The translations under genes and the position numbers were made by a program. From an uncultured Pseudomonadota bacterium (GTDB taxonomy: Bacteria; Pseudomonadota; Alphaproteobacteria; Acetobacterales; Acetobacteraceae), in assembly GCA_963732775.1 (NCBI GenBank), contig CAVTAR010000001.1, positions 627,519 through 691,518 of the forward strand: a stretch of DNA of 64,000 nucleotides, written 5' to 3'. Of the stretch, positions 18,451 through 28,394 are shown piece after piece. The notes below the pieces were generated by a model. It did not search any database. It saw only the letters and a list, made by a program, of their open reading frames with translations, and had not been told where the DNA came from. Numbering within the stretch: the stretch's first letter is position 1; the number at the start of each line of letters is the position of its first letter.

Positions 18451-19275
18451 CAGTCCGTCCGGCTCGGCGCCCACCCGCTCGGCCTCGGCGCGCAGCGTCG
18501 GCTCGTCGGCATCCTGGACGATGCCGGTCAGCACCAGCCAGCCCTGGCAACCGGCCGCCTGGGCGCCGGCGATGTCGTGCTCGATGCTGTCGCCGATGCC
18601 CGCCACCCGGTCGAGCTCCACCTCGCCGAGGGCGGCCAGCGTGTAGTCGTAGATCGCCGGGTGCGGCTTGCCGATCCAGGTCACTTCGCCGCCGAGCCGC
18701 TCGTACAGCTCGCCGATCCGCCCGGCGCCGAACGCCGGCCCCGACGGCGTCAGCATGGTGCGGTCGGGGTTCAGGCACAGCGCCGGCACCCCCGCGCGGG
18801 CCGCCGGGCGCAGCAGGGCGGAGTAGTCGGCGATCGAGCGCCGGTCCCCCTCGCTGCCGGCGATCACCACGAGCTGCGCCTGGGCCGCGTCCACCACCGG
18901 CCGCAGCCCCAGGCCGTGCAGCAGCGCGCCGTCGCCATCGCGCTCCAGCAGCAGGCAGCGCCGCGCGCCGCGCGCCGCCGGCACCCGGTCCTCGGCCAGC
19001 ATCCGCCACGCCACCTCGCCCGAGGTGACGAACAGGTCGTAGGCGTCCTGCGGCACCCCGTCCTGCGCCAGCCGGGCGGCGTTGGCCGCCGCCCGCTTGC
19101 CGGAGTTGGACAGCAGCACGGTCCTGGCGCCGCCCTCGCGCAGCCGCCGCAGCGCCGGGACCACGTCGGGGTACAGCTTTGCGCCGTCGCGCAGCGTGCC
19201 GAACTGGTCGATCAGGAACGCGTCGTACCGGCCGATCAGGTCCAGCACGCTGTCCCGCCGCGGCCACGCTATCAC
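18421..19275 (-). CDS. HAD-superfamily class IIA hydrolase (TIGR01459-like)
   Basis: GTG start. Motif I FLIDQFGTL, SNSGKR, KPHPAIY and GIGDSIEHDI. The 3' end overlaps the kinase 3' end by 30 bp. Confidence 0.8.
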   Translation of the reverse strand: MIAWPRRDSVLDLIGRYDAFLIDQFGTLRDGAKLYPDVVPALRRLREGGARTVLLSNSGKRAAANAARLAQDGVPQDAYDLFVTSGEVAWRMLAEDRVPAARGARRCLLLERDGDGALLHGLGLRPVVDAAQAQLVVIAGSEGDRRSIADYSALLRPAARAGVPALCLNPDRTMLTPSGPAFGAGRIGELYERLGGEVTWIGKPHPAIYDYTLAALGEVELDRVAGIGDSIEHDIAGAQAAGCQGWLVLTGIVQDADEPTLRAEAERVGAEPDGLLRAFGLGRG

Positions 19276-19305
19276 GCCACGAGGCCGATCACACCGCCAT
19301 GCCGT

Positions 19306-20571
19306 TCACACCACGATCCCCAGGCCGGACAGCGCGATGCCGGCGACGCCCACCGCCGCCTCCTCCGAGCGGGCCGGCAGGATGGCGACGCCCAGCAGCC
19401 GTTCGCGCAGCGCGGTCCAGGTCGCGTTCTGCGCACCGCCGCCGGTCGTGCGCAGGCTGCGCAGCGCCGGTGCCCCCAGCTCCACGAGCCGCCGGTAGCC
19501 CTGCGCCTCGATCCGCGCGATGCCCTCCAGCAGGCCGTGCAGGAAGCGCGCGTCGCTGTGCGGGCGCGGCGTCTCGCGCGGCGCGAATTGGGCGTCGGCG
19601 ACCGGGAAGCGCTCGCCGGGCGCGGGCAGGGGGTAGTAGTCGAGCCCGCTGTCGCGCGCCGGGTCGATGGCCAAGCTGAGGGCGGCGATCTGGTCGCCGG
19701 CGAAATGCCGCGCCAGCGCCGCGCCGCCGGTGTTGGAGGCCCCGCCGGCCAGCCAGCGGCCGTGCAGCAAGTGGCTGTAGACGCCCGAGCGCGCCTCGAA
19801 CACCGGCGCGTCGGACAGCAGCTTCAGCACCAGCGTGCTGCCGAGCGAGGTCACGGCATCGCCCGGCTCGCTGGCGCCGGTGGCGAGGAACCCCGCACAG
19901 CTGTCCGTGGTGCCGGCGACCACGGCGATGCCGCGCGGCAGCCCGAGCAGGTCGGCGGGCGCGTCGGACAGCCGGCATTCCGCGGTGCCCGGTGCGACGA
20001 CCGTCGGCAACAGGCCGAAGCGCAGGTCGAGCCGGCGGATCCAGGCCGGCCAGTCGCCGATGCGCGGGTCGTAGCCGGTCTTCAGCGCGTTGTTGCTGTC
20101 CGACAGGTCGAAGCGGTCGCACAGCTTGCCCGAGACCCAGTCGGCCTGGTGCTGCAGCCGGGTGATCCCCGGCAGCGCCTGCATCGCGAGCAGCTTGGCC
20201 AGCGGCGACGTGGCGCCGAGGGCCGCGCTGTCGGCCGGCGCCACGGCGGCGATTGCGGCCACCGCGTCGGGGCTGGCGGGGTCGTTGTACAGGCTCGCCT
20301 CGGCCAGCGGCGCGCCGTCGCCGTCCACCGCCAGCACAGTGCCCGAGGTGCCGTCGACCGCCACCGCCGCGACGGCGCCGAGCGGGGCCTGCGCGGCCAG
20401 CTTGCGCATCGCCACCGCCACGGCGGCCCACCACGTCTCGGGCCGCCGGCGTTCGTGCTCGGCCAAGGGCGCGCTCGCGAACGCCACCGGCTCGCGCGCC
20501 ATGTCGACCAGCGCGGCGCGCACGCCGGAGGTGCCGATGTCGATGCCGACCGCGATCCCCGGGCGCTTCAT
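19306..20571 (-). CDS. FGGY-family carbohydrate kinase (intact copy)
   Basis: Start MKRPGIAVGIDIGTSGVRAAL. FGGY C-terminal TTGGGAQNATW. Start overlaps the upstream stop. Confidence 0.85.
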   Translation of the reverse strand: MKRPGIAVGIDIGTSGVRAALVDMAREPVAFASAPLAEHERRRPETWWAAVAVAMRKLAAQAPLGAVAAVAVDGTSGTVLAVDGDGAPLAEASLYNDPASPDAVAAIAAVAPADSAALGATSPLAKLLAMQALPGITRLQHQADWVSGKLCDRFDLSDSNNALKTGYDPRIGDWPAWIRRLDLRFGLLPTVVAPGTAECRLSDAPADLLGLPRGIAVVAGTTDSCAGFLATGASEPGDAVTSLGSTLVLKLLSDAPVFEARSGVYSHLLHGRWLAGGASNTGGAALARHFAGDQIAALSLAIDPARDSGLDYYPLPAPGERFPVADAQFAPRETPRPHSDARFLHGLLEGIARIEAQGYRRLVELGAPALRSLRTTGGGAQNATWTALRERLLGVAILPARSEEAAVGVAGIALSGLGIVV

Positions 20572-21629
20572 GCCGTGGCCGGCGGCGCGGCGTCGATCCC
20601 CTGGCGGTATTTCTCGGCGTCCCAGCCCAGCAGCGCCGCCTCCTCGGCGGGTGCCAGCACGCGGATCGGCTCGCCCGGGTCGAGCCGGGCGGTGACGTCG
20701 GCCAGGCAGCGCGCCAGCGCGATGGCGGCGGGCGAGGCGGCGCGGTGCAGCAGCACGCCCGTCCCGGCGGCCACCAGCATGGCTGGCGCCTCGGTCATGG
20801 CCGCCTCGGTGGGTGCCGGGCGTTCGGGGTTCGCGGGGCTGGGCACGGGACGCACTCCGGGGCCGAGGAAGATCACGTGGTCGGGGTACAGCGAGCCGAG
20901 CCGGGCGACCGCCAGGCTGGCCGGGTCGATCGCCGTCGTATGGGTAGCCGGATCCGCGGCCGGAACATAGTCCGGTCCGGCGGCGATCCGGGCGAGCGGG
21001 CCGGCCGCCATCGGCCGCGCCCGGCGGCGCAGCCTCGCGCGCACGTCGGCCAGCCGCTCGGCGGCCTGCTGCACGTCGGCGCCACCCACCACCAGCCCGT
21101 GATTGCCGAGCACGAGCACGTCCGTCCCCGGGGGCGCGGCCCGCAGGATCGCCCGGGTCAGCGGCGCGCCGGGGCGGACGTAGGGGATGCAGGCCCAGCG
21201 CACGCCGCGCAGCAGCGGGGCCACGGCCGCGGCGGCGTCGGCGTCGGCGCGCGCCGCCCAGGCCATGGTGTCGACGCAATGCACGTGGACCACCACGGGA
21301 TGCGGCAGCGCGCCGTGCATCGTCGTCTCGATCGAGGGCCGCAGCCCGGACGGGTTCGCTGCCGCCACGACGAACGGCCGCACGTCCTCGGCCACCGCCT
21401 CGTCCGCATCGGCCAGCGCGGCCAGCAGCCCCTCCAGCAGCACCGGGACGAAGATGTCGCGCGCCTCGGCCTGCGCGAGCCAGGTGCCCGACGCCTTCAC
21501 CCACAGCACGCCGTCGCGCTTGATCGAGGTGTTGCCGCCAGGCCCCTGCACCTGCGCCGGGTCGCGGCCGAGCGCGGCGCTGAAGCGGCGGAGCGCCGCG
21601 AAGGCGGGGTCGTCGCCGATGGGCGTCAC
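20568..21629 (-). CDS. Class II aldolase/adducin-domain protein
   Basis: GTG start. GPGGNTSIK ... HGALPHPVVVHVHCV ... LVLGNHGLVVGG is the class II aldolase pattern. Extra C-terminal region of about 150 aa. Confidence 0.75.
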   Translation of the reverse strand: MTPIGDDPAFAALRRFSAALGRDPAQVQGPGGNTSIKRDGVLWVKASGTWLAQAEARDIFVPVLLEGLLAALADADEAVAEDVRPFVVAAANPSGLRPSIETTMHGALPHPVVVHVHCVDTMAWAARADADAAAAVAPLLRGVRWACIPYVRPGAPLTRAILRAAPPGTDVLVLGNHGLVVGGADVQQAAERLADVRARLRRRARPMAAGPLARIAAGPDYVPAADPATHTTAIDPASLAVARLGSLYPDHVIFLGPGVRPVPSPANPERPAPTEAAMTEAPAMLVAAGTGVLLHRAASPAAIALARCLADVTARLDPGEPIRVLAPAEEAALLGWDAEKYRQGIDAAPPATA

Positions 21630-21657
21630 CGTCGGTGCGCGAGCGGCTCGGGCCGCC

Positions 21658-22720
21658 TCAGCACGGGTTCAGCGGCGGCTCGCCGGCGATGATAGCGGCG
21701 CACTTCCTCGGCCGCGCCCTCGGCGGCGATGCTGATGGTGCGGGTGGAGGCGCCGGCGATGTGCGGCGTGATGCGTCACGTTCGGCAGTTGCAGCAGCTT
21801 CCAGTCCGCCGGCACCGGCTCGACCGCGAACGTCTCCAGCATCGCGCCGCCGAGATGGCCCGAGTCCAGCGCCTCGTACAGCGCGTCGTAGTCCACCATC
21901 GGCCCGCGCGCGGTGTTGACGAAGATGGCGCCCGGCTTCATCGCCGCGAACTGTGCCGCGCCGATGAACTTTGTGGTCTCGGCAGTGACGCGCGCGTGCA
22001 GCGTCACCACGTCGCTCTCCAGCATCAGCTGGTCGAGCGAGACCAGCGCGACGCCGTCGGCGCGGTCGGTGGCGCTGAGCTGCACGTAGGGGTCGGCCAC
22101 CAGGATGCGGCAGCCGAACGCCTTCAGCAGCTTCACCACGCGCGAGCCGATCGGCGCCGTAGCCGATCACGCCGACCGTCATCTCCGACAGTTCGCGCCC
22201 GGTGCGGTCGGCCCGGTACAGGTCGCCGCGCCAGTCCCCGGCGCGCAGCGCCTCGTGGCCGGCGCGGATCAGCCGCGTCTCGGCCAGGATGCCGCCAATG
22301 GCGAACTCCGCCACCGCCGAGGCATTGCGCCCCGGCGTGTTGCACACCCGGATGTTGCGCGCGCGCGCCGCCGCCATGTCGATGTTCACCGGGCCGCCGC
22401 GGGAGACCGCGACCAGCCGCAGGCGCGGCAGCCGGTCCATCATGCCGGCCGAGAGCGGGGCGAGCTGCGTCACCAGCACCTCGGCCGCGTCGACGAAGCC
22501 GACGATGGTGTCCGGGTCGCCCTGGTATTCCTTCAAGCCATCCATGCCGGCGCGCGCGTAGCCGTGCTCCATCGGCTCGTCGGGCCACGGCATGCGTCAT
22601 GCTGCGCAGCGACACGCGGTCGCCGCAGGCCGCGTCGATCGCCGCGGCGAAGCGCTCCGGCAGCATGAAGTTGTCGCCGACGATGGCGACGTCGATGGTG
22701 GGCGCGGCGTCAGCTGGCAT
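21658..22720 (-). pseudogene. D-isomer-specific 2-hydroxyacid dehydrogenase, at least 3 frame changes
   Basis: Pieces lie in three frames: MPADAAPTIDVAIVGDNFML...; PWPDEPMEH...VAVSRGGPVNID...MTVGVIGYG; VVKLLKAFGCRILVADP...TARGPMVDYDALYEALDSGHLGGAMLETF...LPNVT. Breaks near 22595, 22140 and 21775. Confidence 0.8.
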
Positions 22721-24322
22721 GCGTGGTCTCCTCGCGCGCGGCATGGAGCTGGCGCCACAGCGCGGGCATGGCGTGATAGGCGTCGCGATACATCGGGAAC
22801 AGCCGGTCGTAGCGTGCCGCGAGCGCCGGGTCGGGCAGCAGCGGCGCTCGGCCTCGCGCGGAGCGATCCAGGCGGCGGCACAGGCGGCCATGTCGGCGAA
22901 CATCCCGATCTGCACGGCCGCCATCATCGCGGCGCCCGGCGGCGCCGGCCTCCTCGTGCGCGGCGACCTGCACCGGCCGGTCGAGGCAGGCCGCCAGCAT
23001 CTCGCGCAATGCCCGCGAGCGGGCGGCGCCGCCGGTGACGCGGATGTCGCGCCGGCGCGCCGCCGATCGCGGCGTAGCAATCGCGCGCGGCGAAGCACAG
23101 GCCCTCGTACATGCCGCGCACCAGGTCCATCAGCCGCACGTCCTGATCGAGCCCCAGGATGCGCGGCGCGGGCGAAGGCGTCGGTGAACGGCCCGCGCTC
23201 GCCGGCGGTGGAGATGAACGGATGATAGACCACCGCACCGGGACGCGCCGCCAGCACGCCCTCGTCGAACTGCTTCAGGATGGCCGCGCGCGAGACGGTG
23301 CTGCCGGTCGCCAGTGCTGCCGCGTCCACGGCCAGGCTCGCGATCCAGTCGAGGTTGATGGTCGAGGCGAGATTGCTCTGCGCCTGCACGGTGTGGCCGG
23401 GGATCGGGAAGGCCATGCAGTAGCCGGTCTGCAGCGGCGAGGGCGCGACGTGCGCCGTGTCGGGCACGAGGCGCAGGTGCATCCCGGTGCTGCCGATCAC
23501 GGTCACGCCGGTTTCGCCGGCGTGGACCTCGCCACCCTGCCTGTCGCCGCCGAAGATGCCGGCGCCGAGCGTGGTGCAGGCGACGTCGACGAAGCCGAGC
23601 GTGACCGGCAGCCCGGCGCGCAGCCCGGTGCGCGCGGCCGCCGCCGGTGTCAGCGGATGCGACTGTCCGCGTGCCGTCGACGATCGGCGGCAGCAGATGC
23701 GCGAACCGCTCGATGCCGAGTGCCTGCAAGACTTCCGGCCGGTACTGCGCGGGTGCGGAAATCGCCGAAGGTGAAGCAGGCCTCGCACGGCGAAGTGGCG
23801 CGCACGCCGGTCAGCCGCAGGTACAGGTAGTCCTTCGGATGCAGCGAGGTTTTCGCGCGCGCGAACGCCCGGGGCGGTGCTGCTCCAGCCACAGCAATTG
23901 CGGCACCTGCTGGCAGGCGGCAAGGCCAGTGCCGGTATAGGCGAACGCCGCCTGTGCGGCGCCGGACGCCTTCAGCGCCTCCACGAGCGCCGCAGCCCGC
24001 GCTGTCGAGCCAGAGCAGCCGCCGGGCCGACCGGCTCGCCGTCGCCGTCGATCAGCCAGGTGCCGTCGCCCTGGCCGGTCACGGCGAGGGCCGCCACCTC
24101 GTGTCCCGCGAACCGCGCCGCGAGGTCGGCCGACAGCGCGGCGAGCACCGCCGCGGCGTCGTCGAAGGTGCGCGCCATGTCCTGCTCGGAGCCGCCGCCG
24201 GGCAGCATCGCATAGGCGTTGGCGCGCGAGGCGACCGCGAGCTGCTGGCCGCGCGGGTCGAAGGCGACGGCCTTGACCACCGAGGTGCCGGAATCGAGCG
24301 CGATCAGGATGGGCTGGGTCAT
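22710..24322 (-). pseudogene. FGGY-family carbohydrate kinase, heavily frameshifted (at least 8 frame changes)
   Basis: N-terminus MTQPILIALDSGTSVVKAVAFD. Later conserved blocks (LWLDSRAAALVEAL, SLHPKDYLYLRLTG, GFVDVACTTLGAG, VIGSTGMH, YHPFISTAGERGP, ILGLDQDVRLMDLVRGMYEGLCF, AAMMAAVQIGMF) are scattered over all three frames. Confidence 0.85.
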
Positions 24323-25413
24323 GCGGCGCGCCTCCCGTGGGCGAGGGCCCGTCCGCTCGCCGCGTCGAAGATGTGCGCGTCCTCGGGCTCGAAGCCGAAC
24401 GGCAGCGCCTCGCCGGCGCGCACGGCGACGCGCGTGTGCGACACCGCGACCAGGATCTTCGCCCCCGCCTCGATCACCACGTGCGCCTGGTCGCCGAGCC
24501 ACTGGTTGGAGATCACCTGGCCGGCCAGCATCCCCGCCATGCCGAGGCGCAGCCGGTGCGGGCGCACGCCCAGCACGACGCGGCTGCCGGGCGGCGGCAG
24601 CGTCACGCCGTCCAGCGTGACGCCGCTGCCAGGCAGGTCGTCGAGCGTGAGGCCGGTGCCGATCGCCGTGCCGGCCAGCGCGTTCATCGGCGGCTCGCCC
24701 AGGAAGGTGCCGACGAACAGGTTGGCCGGCGCGTCGCGCAGCTCGCCCGGCGCGCCGTATTGCTGCAGCACGCCGCCCTCCATCACCGCGATCCGGTCGG
24801 CCATGGCGTTGGCCTCGGTCTGGTCGTGCGTCACCAGCACCGCCGTCATGCCGCGCTGCTTCAGCGCCGCCTTCACCCGCCCGCGCAGCACCGCGCGCAG
24901 CTGCGGCTCGAGCTGGCCCATTGGCTCGTCGAGCAGGTGCAGATCGGCATCGCGCGCCAGCGCCCGGGCCAGGCTCGCGCGCTGCTGCTGGCCGCCGGAC
25001 AGGGCCGCGGGGCGGCGGTGCAGGATGTCGCCGATCTCCAGCATCTCGGCCATCTCGTTCACCCGGCGAACCGCCTCGGCGCGCGGCAGCCCGCGTTCGG
25101 ACAGCCCGAAGCCGATGTTCTGCGCCACCGTCAGCGGCGGGTAGAGCGCGTAGCCCTCGAACGCCATGGCGACCTTGCGGCGCGGCGGCGGCAGCGCGTC
25201 GATGCGCCGGCCGGCCAGCATGATGCGCCCGTTCGTCACCGCCTCGAAGCCGGCCACCATGCGCAGCGTCGAGGTCTTGCCGCAGCCCGACGAGCCGAGC
25301 AGGGCGACCAGCTCGCCGTCGCCGATGTCGAGGTCGAGTGCCCGCACGGCATGGACGGTGTGGCCGCGCCGGCCGGGATAGATCTTGTCGATGTGCTCGA
25401 GCTTCAGGCTCAT
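24319..25413 (-). CDS. Sugar ABC transporter ATP-binding protein (MalK/UgpC-like)
   Basis: Start MSLKLEHIDK. GSSGCGKTS, LSGGQQQR and LHLLDEP motifs. C-terminal regulatory domain. Intact 364 aa. Confidence 0.9.
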   Translation of the reverse strand: MSLKLEHIDKIYPGRRGHTVHAVRALDLDIGDGELVALLGSSGCGKTSTLRMVAGFEAVTNGRIMLAGRRIDALPPPRRKVAMAFEGYALYPPLTVAQNIGFGLSERGLPRAEAVRRVNEMAEMLEIGDILHRRPAALSGGQQQRASLARALARDADLHLLDEPMGQLEPQLRAVLRGRVKAALKQRGMTAVLVTHDQTEANAMADRIAVMEGGVLQQYGAPGELRDAPANLFVGTFLGEPPMNALAGTAIGTGLTLDDLPGSGVTLDGVTLPPPGSRVVLGVRPHRLRLGMAGMLAGQVISNQWLGDQAHVVIEAGAKILVAVSHTRVAVRAGEALPFGFEPEDAHIFDAASGRALAHGRRAA

Positions 25414-26522
25414 GCCGCGACCCGTCCGTTGGCAACAACGGTTCGCTGGTCCAACACCGCGCCCGCCTCGTCGAAGAACAGCACGCGATCGGGGTCGGCG
25501 GCGAACCAGACGGGCTGGCCCTCGGCCGGGATGGCGCCGGTGACGCTCGCCACCACCTCGACGCCGGCCGGCGTGCGCAGCAGCACCACGAGCCGCTCGT
25601 GCAGCGGCGTGATCGCGACGATCGTGGCCGGCGCAGCGCCCGGCGGCGACCCGGCGGACACGGAGATCGCCTCCGGCCGCACGCCGATGCGGGCCGGACG
25701 GCGCGCGAGGTCGGATGCGAGCCGAAAGTGCAGGCCGGCGGCCTCCACGCTCGCCGCGTCGGCATGCTGCGCGCACGCCAGCAGGTTGATCGGCGGGTCG
25801 CCGAACAGCCGCGCCACCTGCACCGTCCGCGGCGCGTCGTACACCTCCTCCGGCGGCCCCTGCTGCACGATCCGCCCGTCGAGCAGGATCGCCACCCGGT
25901 CGCCGAGCGCCATCGCCTCGCGATAGTCCTGGCTGACGTAGATCGTGGCCGCCCGCGCGCGCCGCAGCAGGCGCGGCAGCTCGAGGCGCATCTCGTAGCG
26001 CAGCTTGGCGTCGACGTTGCGCAGCGGGTCGTCGAGCAGCAGCACGCGCGGCGCGCCGACCACCGCCCTGGCCAGGGCAGTGCGCTGCTTCTGGCCGTTC
26101 GACAGCGCCCGCGGCATGTGGTCGAGCACATGGGTGATGCGCAGCAGCGCGGCCACGTCCGCCACCCGGCGCGCCGCCTCGGCCGCCGGCACGCGGCCGG
26201 CCTGCAACGGGCTCGCGATATTTTCGCGCGCGCGCATGTGCGGATACAGCGCGAAGTTCTGGAACGCCATGCCGATGCCGCGCTTGTCGGGACCGAGGTG
26301 GGTGACATCGATGCCGTCGATCAGCACCCGGCAGCGCGCCGCCGGCTCCAGCCCGGCGATGGCGCGCAGCAGCACCGTCTTGCCGGCGCCCGAGGGGCCG
26401 AACAGCACCAGCGTCTCGCCCGCCGCCACGTCGAGGTCGACGCCGCGCAGCACCTCGCGGCGGCCGAACGCGGCGTGCAGGCCACGCACCGAGAGGCCGC
26501 CATCGTGGGGCGCCATGGTCAT
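25410..26522 (-). CDS. Sugar ABC transporter ATP-binding protein (second MalK-like subunit)
   Basis: Start MTMAPHDGG overlaps the upstream stop. GPSGAGKTV, LSNGQKQR and LLLDDP motifs. Intact 370 aa. Confidence 0.9.
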   Translation of the reverse strand: MTMAPHDGGLSVRGLHAAFGRREVLRGVDLDVAAGETLVLFGPSGAGKTVLLRAIAGLEPAARCRVLIDGIDVTHLGPDKRGIGMAFQNFALYPHMRARENIASPLQAGRVPAAEAARRVADVAALLRITHVLDHMPRALSNGQKQRTALARAVVGAPRVLLLDDPLRNVDAKLRYEMRLELPRLLRRARAATIYVSQDYREAMALGDRVAILLDGRIVQQGPPEEVYDAPRTVQVARLFGDPPINLLACAQHADAASVEAAGLHFRLASDLARRPARIGVRPEAISVSAGSPPGAAPATIVAITPLHERLVVLLRTPAGVEVVASVTGAIPAEGQPVWFAADPDRVLFFDEAGAVLDQRTVVANGRVAA

Positions 26523-27376
26523 CCCTTCACCGCGCCGAGGCTGAGGCCCTCGACCAGCCAGCGTTGCGCATACAGCGCCAGGGCGAGCGTCGGCAGGATC
26601 GACAGCACGATGGCCGCCGCCACCTGGCCGTACGGGATGCCGGCCGAGGTGATGAAGGTCAGCGCCCCCACCGTCACCGGCTGCTTGTCCGACGAGCCCA
26701 GGATCAGCGCGAAGACGAAGTTGTTCCAGGCGAAGATGAAGCTCAGCAGCGCCGCCGCCGCGATCCCCGGCCGCGCGAGCGGGATGGCGATGCGGGTGAA
26801 GCCGCGCCACCACGAATGGCCGTCGACGCGGTAGGCGTATTCCACGTCCGGGCTCGCGTCCTCGAAGTAGCCGCGCACGATCCACAGGATCAGCGGCAGG
26901 GTGATCAGCTGGTAGACCCAGATCAGCCCCACGTAGGTGTTCTCCAGCCCGAGGTCCTGGAAGTACAGCGACAGCGGCAGCAGCACCAGCAGCGGCGGCG
27001 CGAAGCGGAACGACAGCAGGGTGAACGCGATGTCCTCCCCGAGCGGGAAGCGGAACCGGGCGAAGGCGTAGGCCGCCGGCACGCCGAGGATGAGCGAGAT
27101 GACGACCGAGACAGTCGCCAACAGGACGGAGTTGCCGAGGTTGAGCAGAAAGTTCACGTCCTGCGTGCCGCTGCCGGTGACGAGCTTGCCGCTGAACAGC
27201 GTGACGTAGTTCTGCAGCGTGGGCGCCGCGAAGGGCTGCGGCGTGGCGCTCAGGATGCTGTCGTTGGTATGGAACGACATCAGCACGATCCAGGCGATCG
27301 GGAACAGGAAGAACACCAGCACCAATGTCAACGCGACGCCGCGCAGCACGCGCGCCAGGGTGTCAGGCGCTCGCAT
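26519..27376 (-). CDS. Carbohydrate ABC transporter permease (CUT1, MalG-like)
   Basis: 285 aa, 6-TM pattern. EAA-like loop region (YRVDGHSWWRGFTRIAIPLARPG). Confidence 0.9.
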   Translation of the reverse strand: MRAPDTLARVLRGVALTLVLVFFLFPIAWIVLMSFHTNDSILSATPQPFAAPTLQNYVTLFSGKLVTGSGTQDVNFLLNLGNSVLLATVSVVISLILGVPAAYAFARFRFPLGEDIAFTLLSFRFAPPLLVLLPLSLYFQDLGLENTYVGLIWVYQLITLPLILWIVRGYFEDASPDVEYAYRVDGHSWWRGFTRIAIPLARPGIAAAALLSFIFAWNNFVFALILGSSDKQPVTVGALTFITSAGIPYGQVAAAIVLSILPTLALALYAQRWLVEGLSLGAVKG

Positions 27377-28277
27377 GGGTCTGCCTCCGCAGGCGCTGCA
27401 TCTGCTTCACGAACACCGTGGACAGGATGTACGTCACCGCCCACAGGATCATCATCAGCGCCGCCGAGCGCGCGACGTTGGTGTAGGTGAAGAACTCCAG
27501 GTACGCCCGCACCTGGAACAGCATCAGGCTGTCGCCCGGCCCGCCCTGCGTCATCGCATAGACGATGTCGAACTGCTGGATGCTGTCGAGCAGGCGGAAC
27601 AGCGTCGCCGTGATGAGATAGGGCGTCAGCATCGGCAGGGTGACGCGGAAGAACACGAAATGCCCCGGCACGCCGTCGAGCCGGGCCGCCTCGAACGGCT
27701 GCTGCGGCAGGCTGCGCAGCCCAGCCAGCAGCAGGATCATCATGAACGGCGTGTAGACCCAGACGTCGACCAGCACCACGGTCAGCATCGCCGTGTGGCT
27801 GTCCGAGCCCCAGCGCATCCCGGTGATGCCGAACTGCGCCAGCGCCCAGCTCAGCACGCCGAAATTGGCGTCGGTCATCAGCTTCCACATCAGTGCGGCC
27901 AGCGCCGGCGCGCACATCAGCGGCAGCAGCAGCGCCACCGAGCAGAAATTGTTGAGCCGCGAGCGCTCGCGCAGCAGCATGGCGATGCCGAGGCCGAGCA
28001 GCAGCTCCACGCCGACGGTGGAGGCCGTGTAGATCGCCGACACCCGCACGGTGTTCCAGAAATCGGCGTCGGTCAGGAAGTCGACGTAGTTCTGGAACCA
28101 GATGAAGCCGCTCAGGTACGGCAGGCCGAGGTTGTAGCGCAGCAGGCTGTAGTACGCGGCGGTCACGAACGGCACCAGGATGCCGACGCACACCAGCAGC
28201 GCCGGCAGGCTCAGCAGGTACGGCAGCAGCCGCTGCGAACGAGGCCCGGCGCGGGTCGGAATGGCGAGGTCGCTCAT
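27363..28277 (-). CDS. Carbohydrate ABC transporter permease (CUT1, MalF-like)
   Basis: Start MSDLAIPTRAG. EAA loop EAARLDGVPGHFVFFRVTLPML. Intact. Confidence 0.9.
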   Translation of the reverse strand: MSDLAIPTRAGPRSQRLLPYLLSLPALLVCVGILVPFVTAAYYSLLRYNLGLPYLSGFIWFQNYVDFLTDADFWNTVRVSAIYTASTVGVELLLGLGIAMLLRERSRLNNFCSVALLLPLMCAPALAALMWKLMTDANFGVLSWALAQFGITGMRWGSDSHTAMLTVVLVDVWVYTPFMMILLLAGLRSLPQQPFEAARLDGVPGHFVFFRVTLPMLTPYLITATLFRLLDSIQQFDIVYAMTQGGPGDSLMLFQVRAYLEFFTYTNVARSAALMMILWAVTYILSTVFVKQMQRLRRQTHASA

Positions 28278-28297
28278 GCGTTTGGCTCCGTGCGGTT

Positions 28298-28376
28298 GGC
28301 CCCTCACCCAACCCTCTCCCGAGGGAGAGGGCCTGCTTCTCCCTCTCCCACCGGGAGAGGGCCGGGGTGAGGGGCC
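28298..28376. repeat. REP-like nested palindrome (complete copy)
   Basis: GGCCCCTCACCC-aa-[CCCTCTCCC gag GGAGAGGG]-cctgcttct-[CCCTCTCCC acc GGGAGAGGG]-CCGGGGTGAGGGGCC: outer arms enclose two inner hairpins. Confidence 0.9.
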
Positions 28377-28394
28377 ATCCCTTCGATCCTAGCC

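Noticed and set aside
16171-21692. Shadow ORFs 16171-18324 (-), 17100-19028 (+), 18577-20970 (+) and 20253-21692 (+)
   Set aside because: They are antisense or out of frame relative to the histidine kinase, HAD hydrolase, FGGY kinase and aldolase. All four of those genes carry diagnostic motifs.
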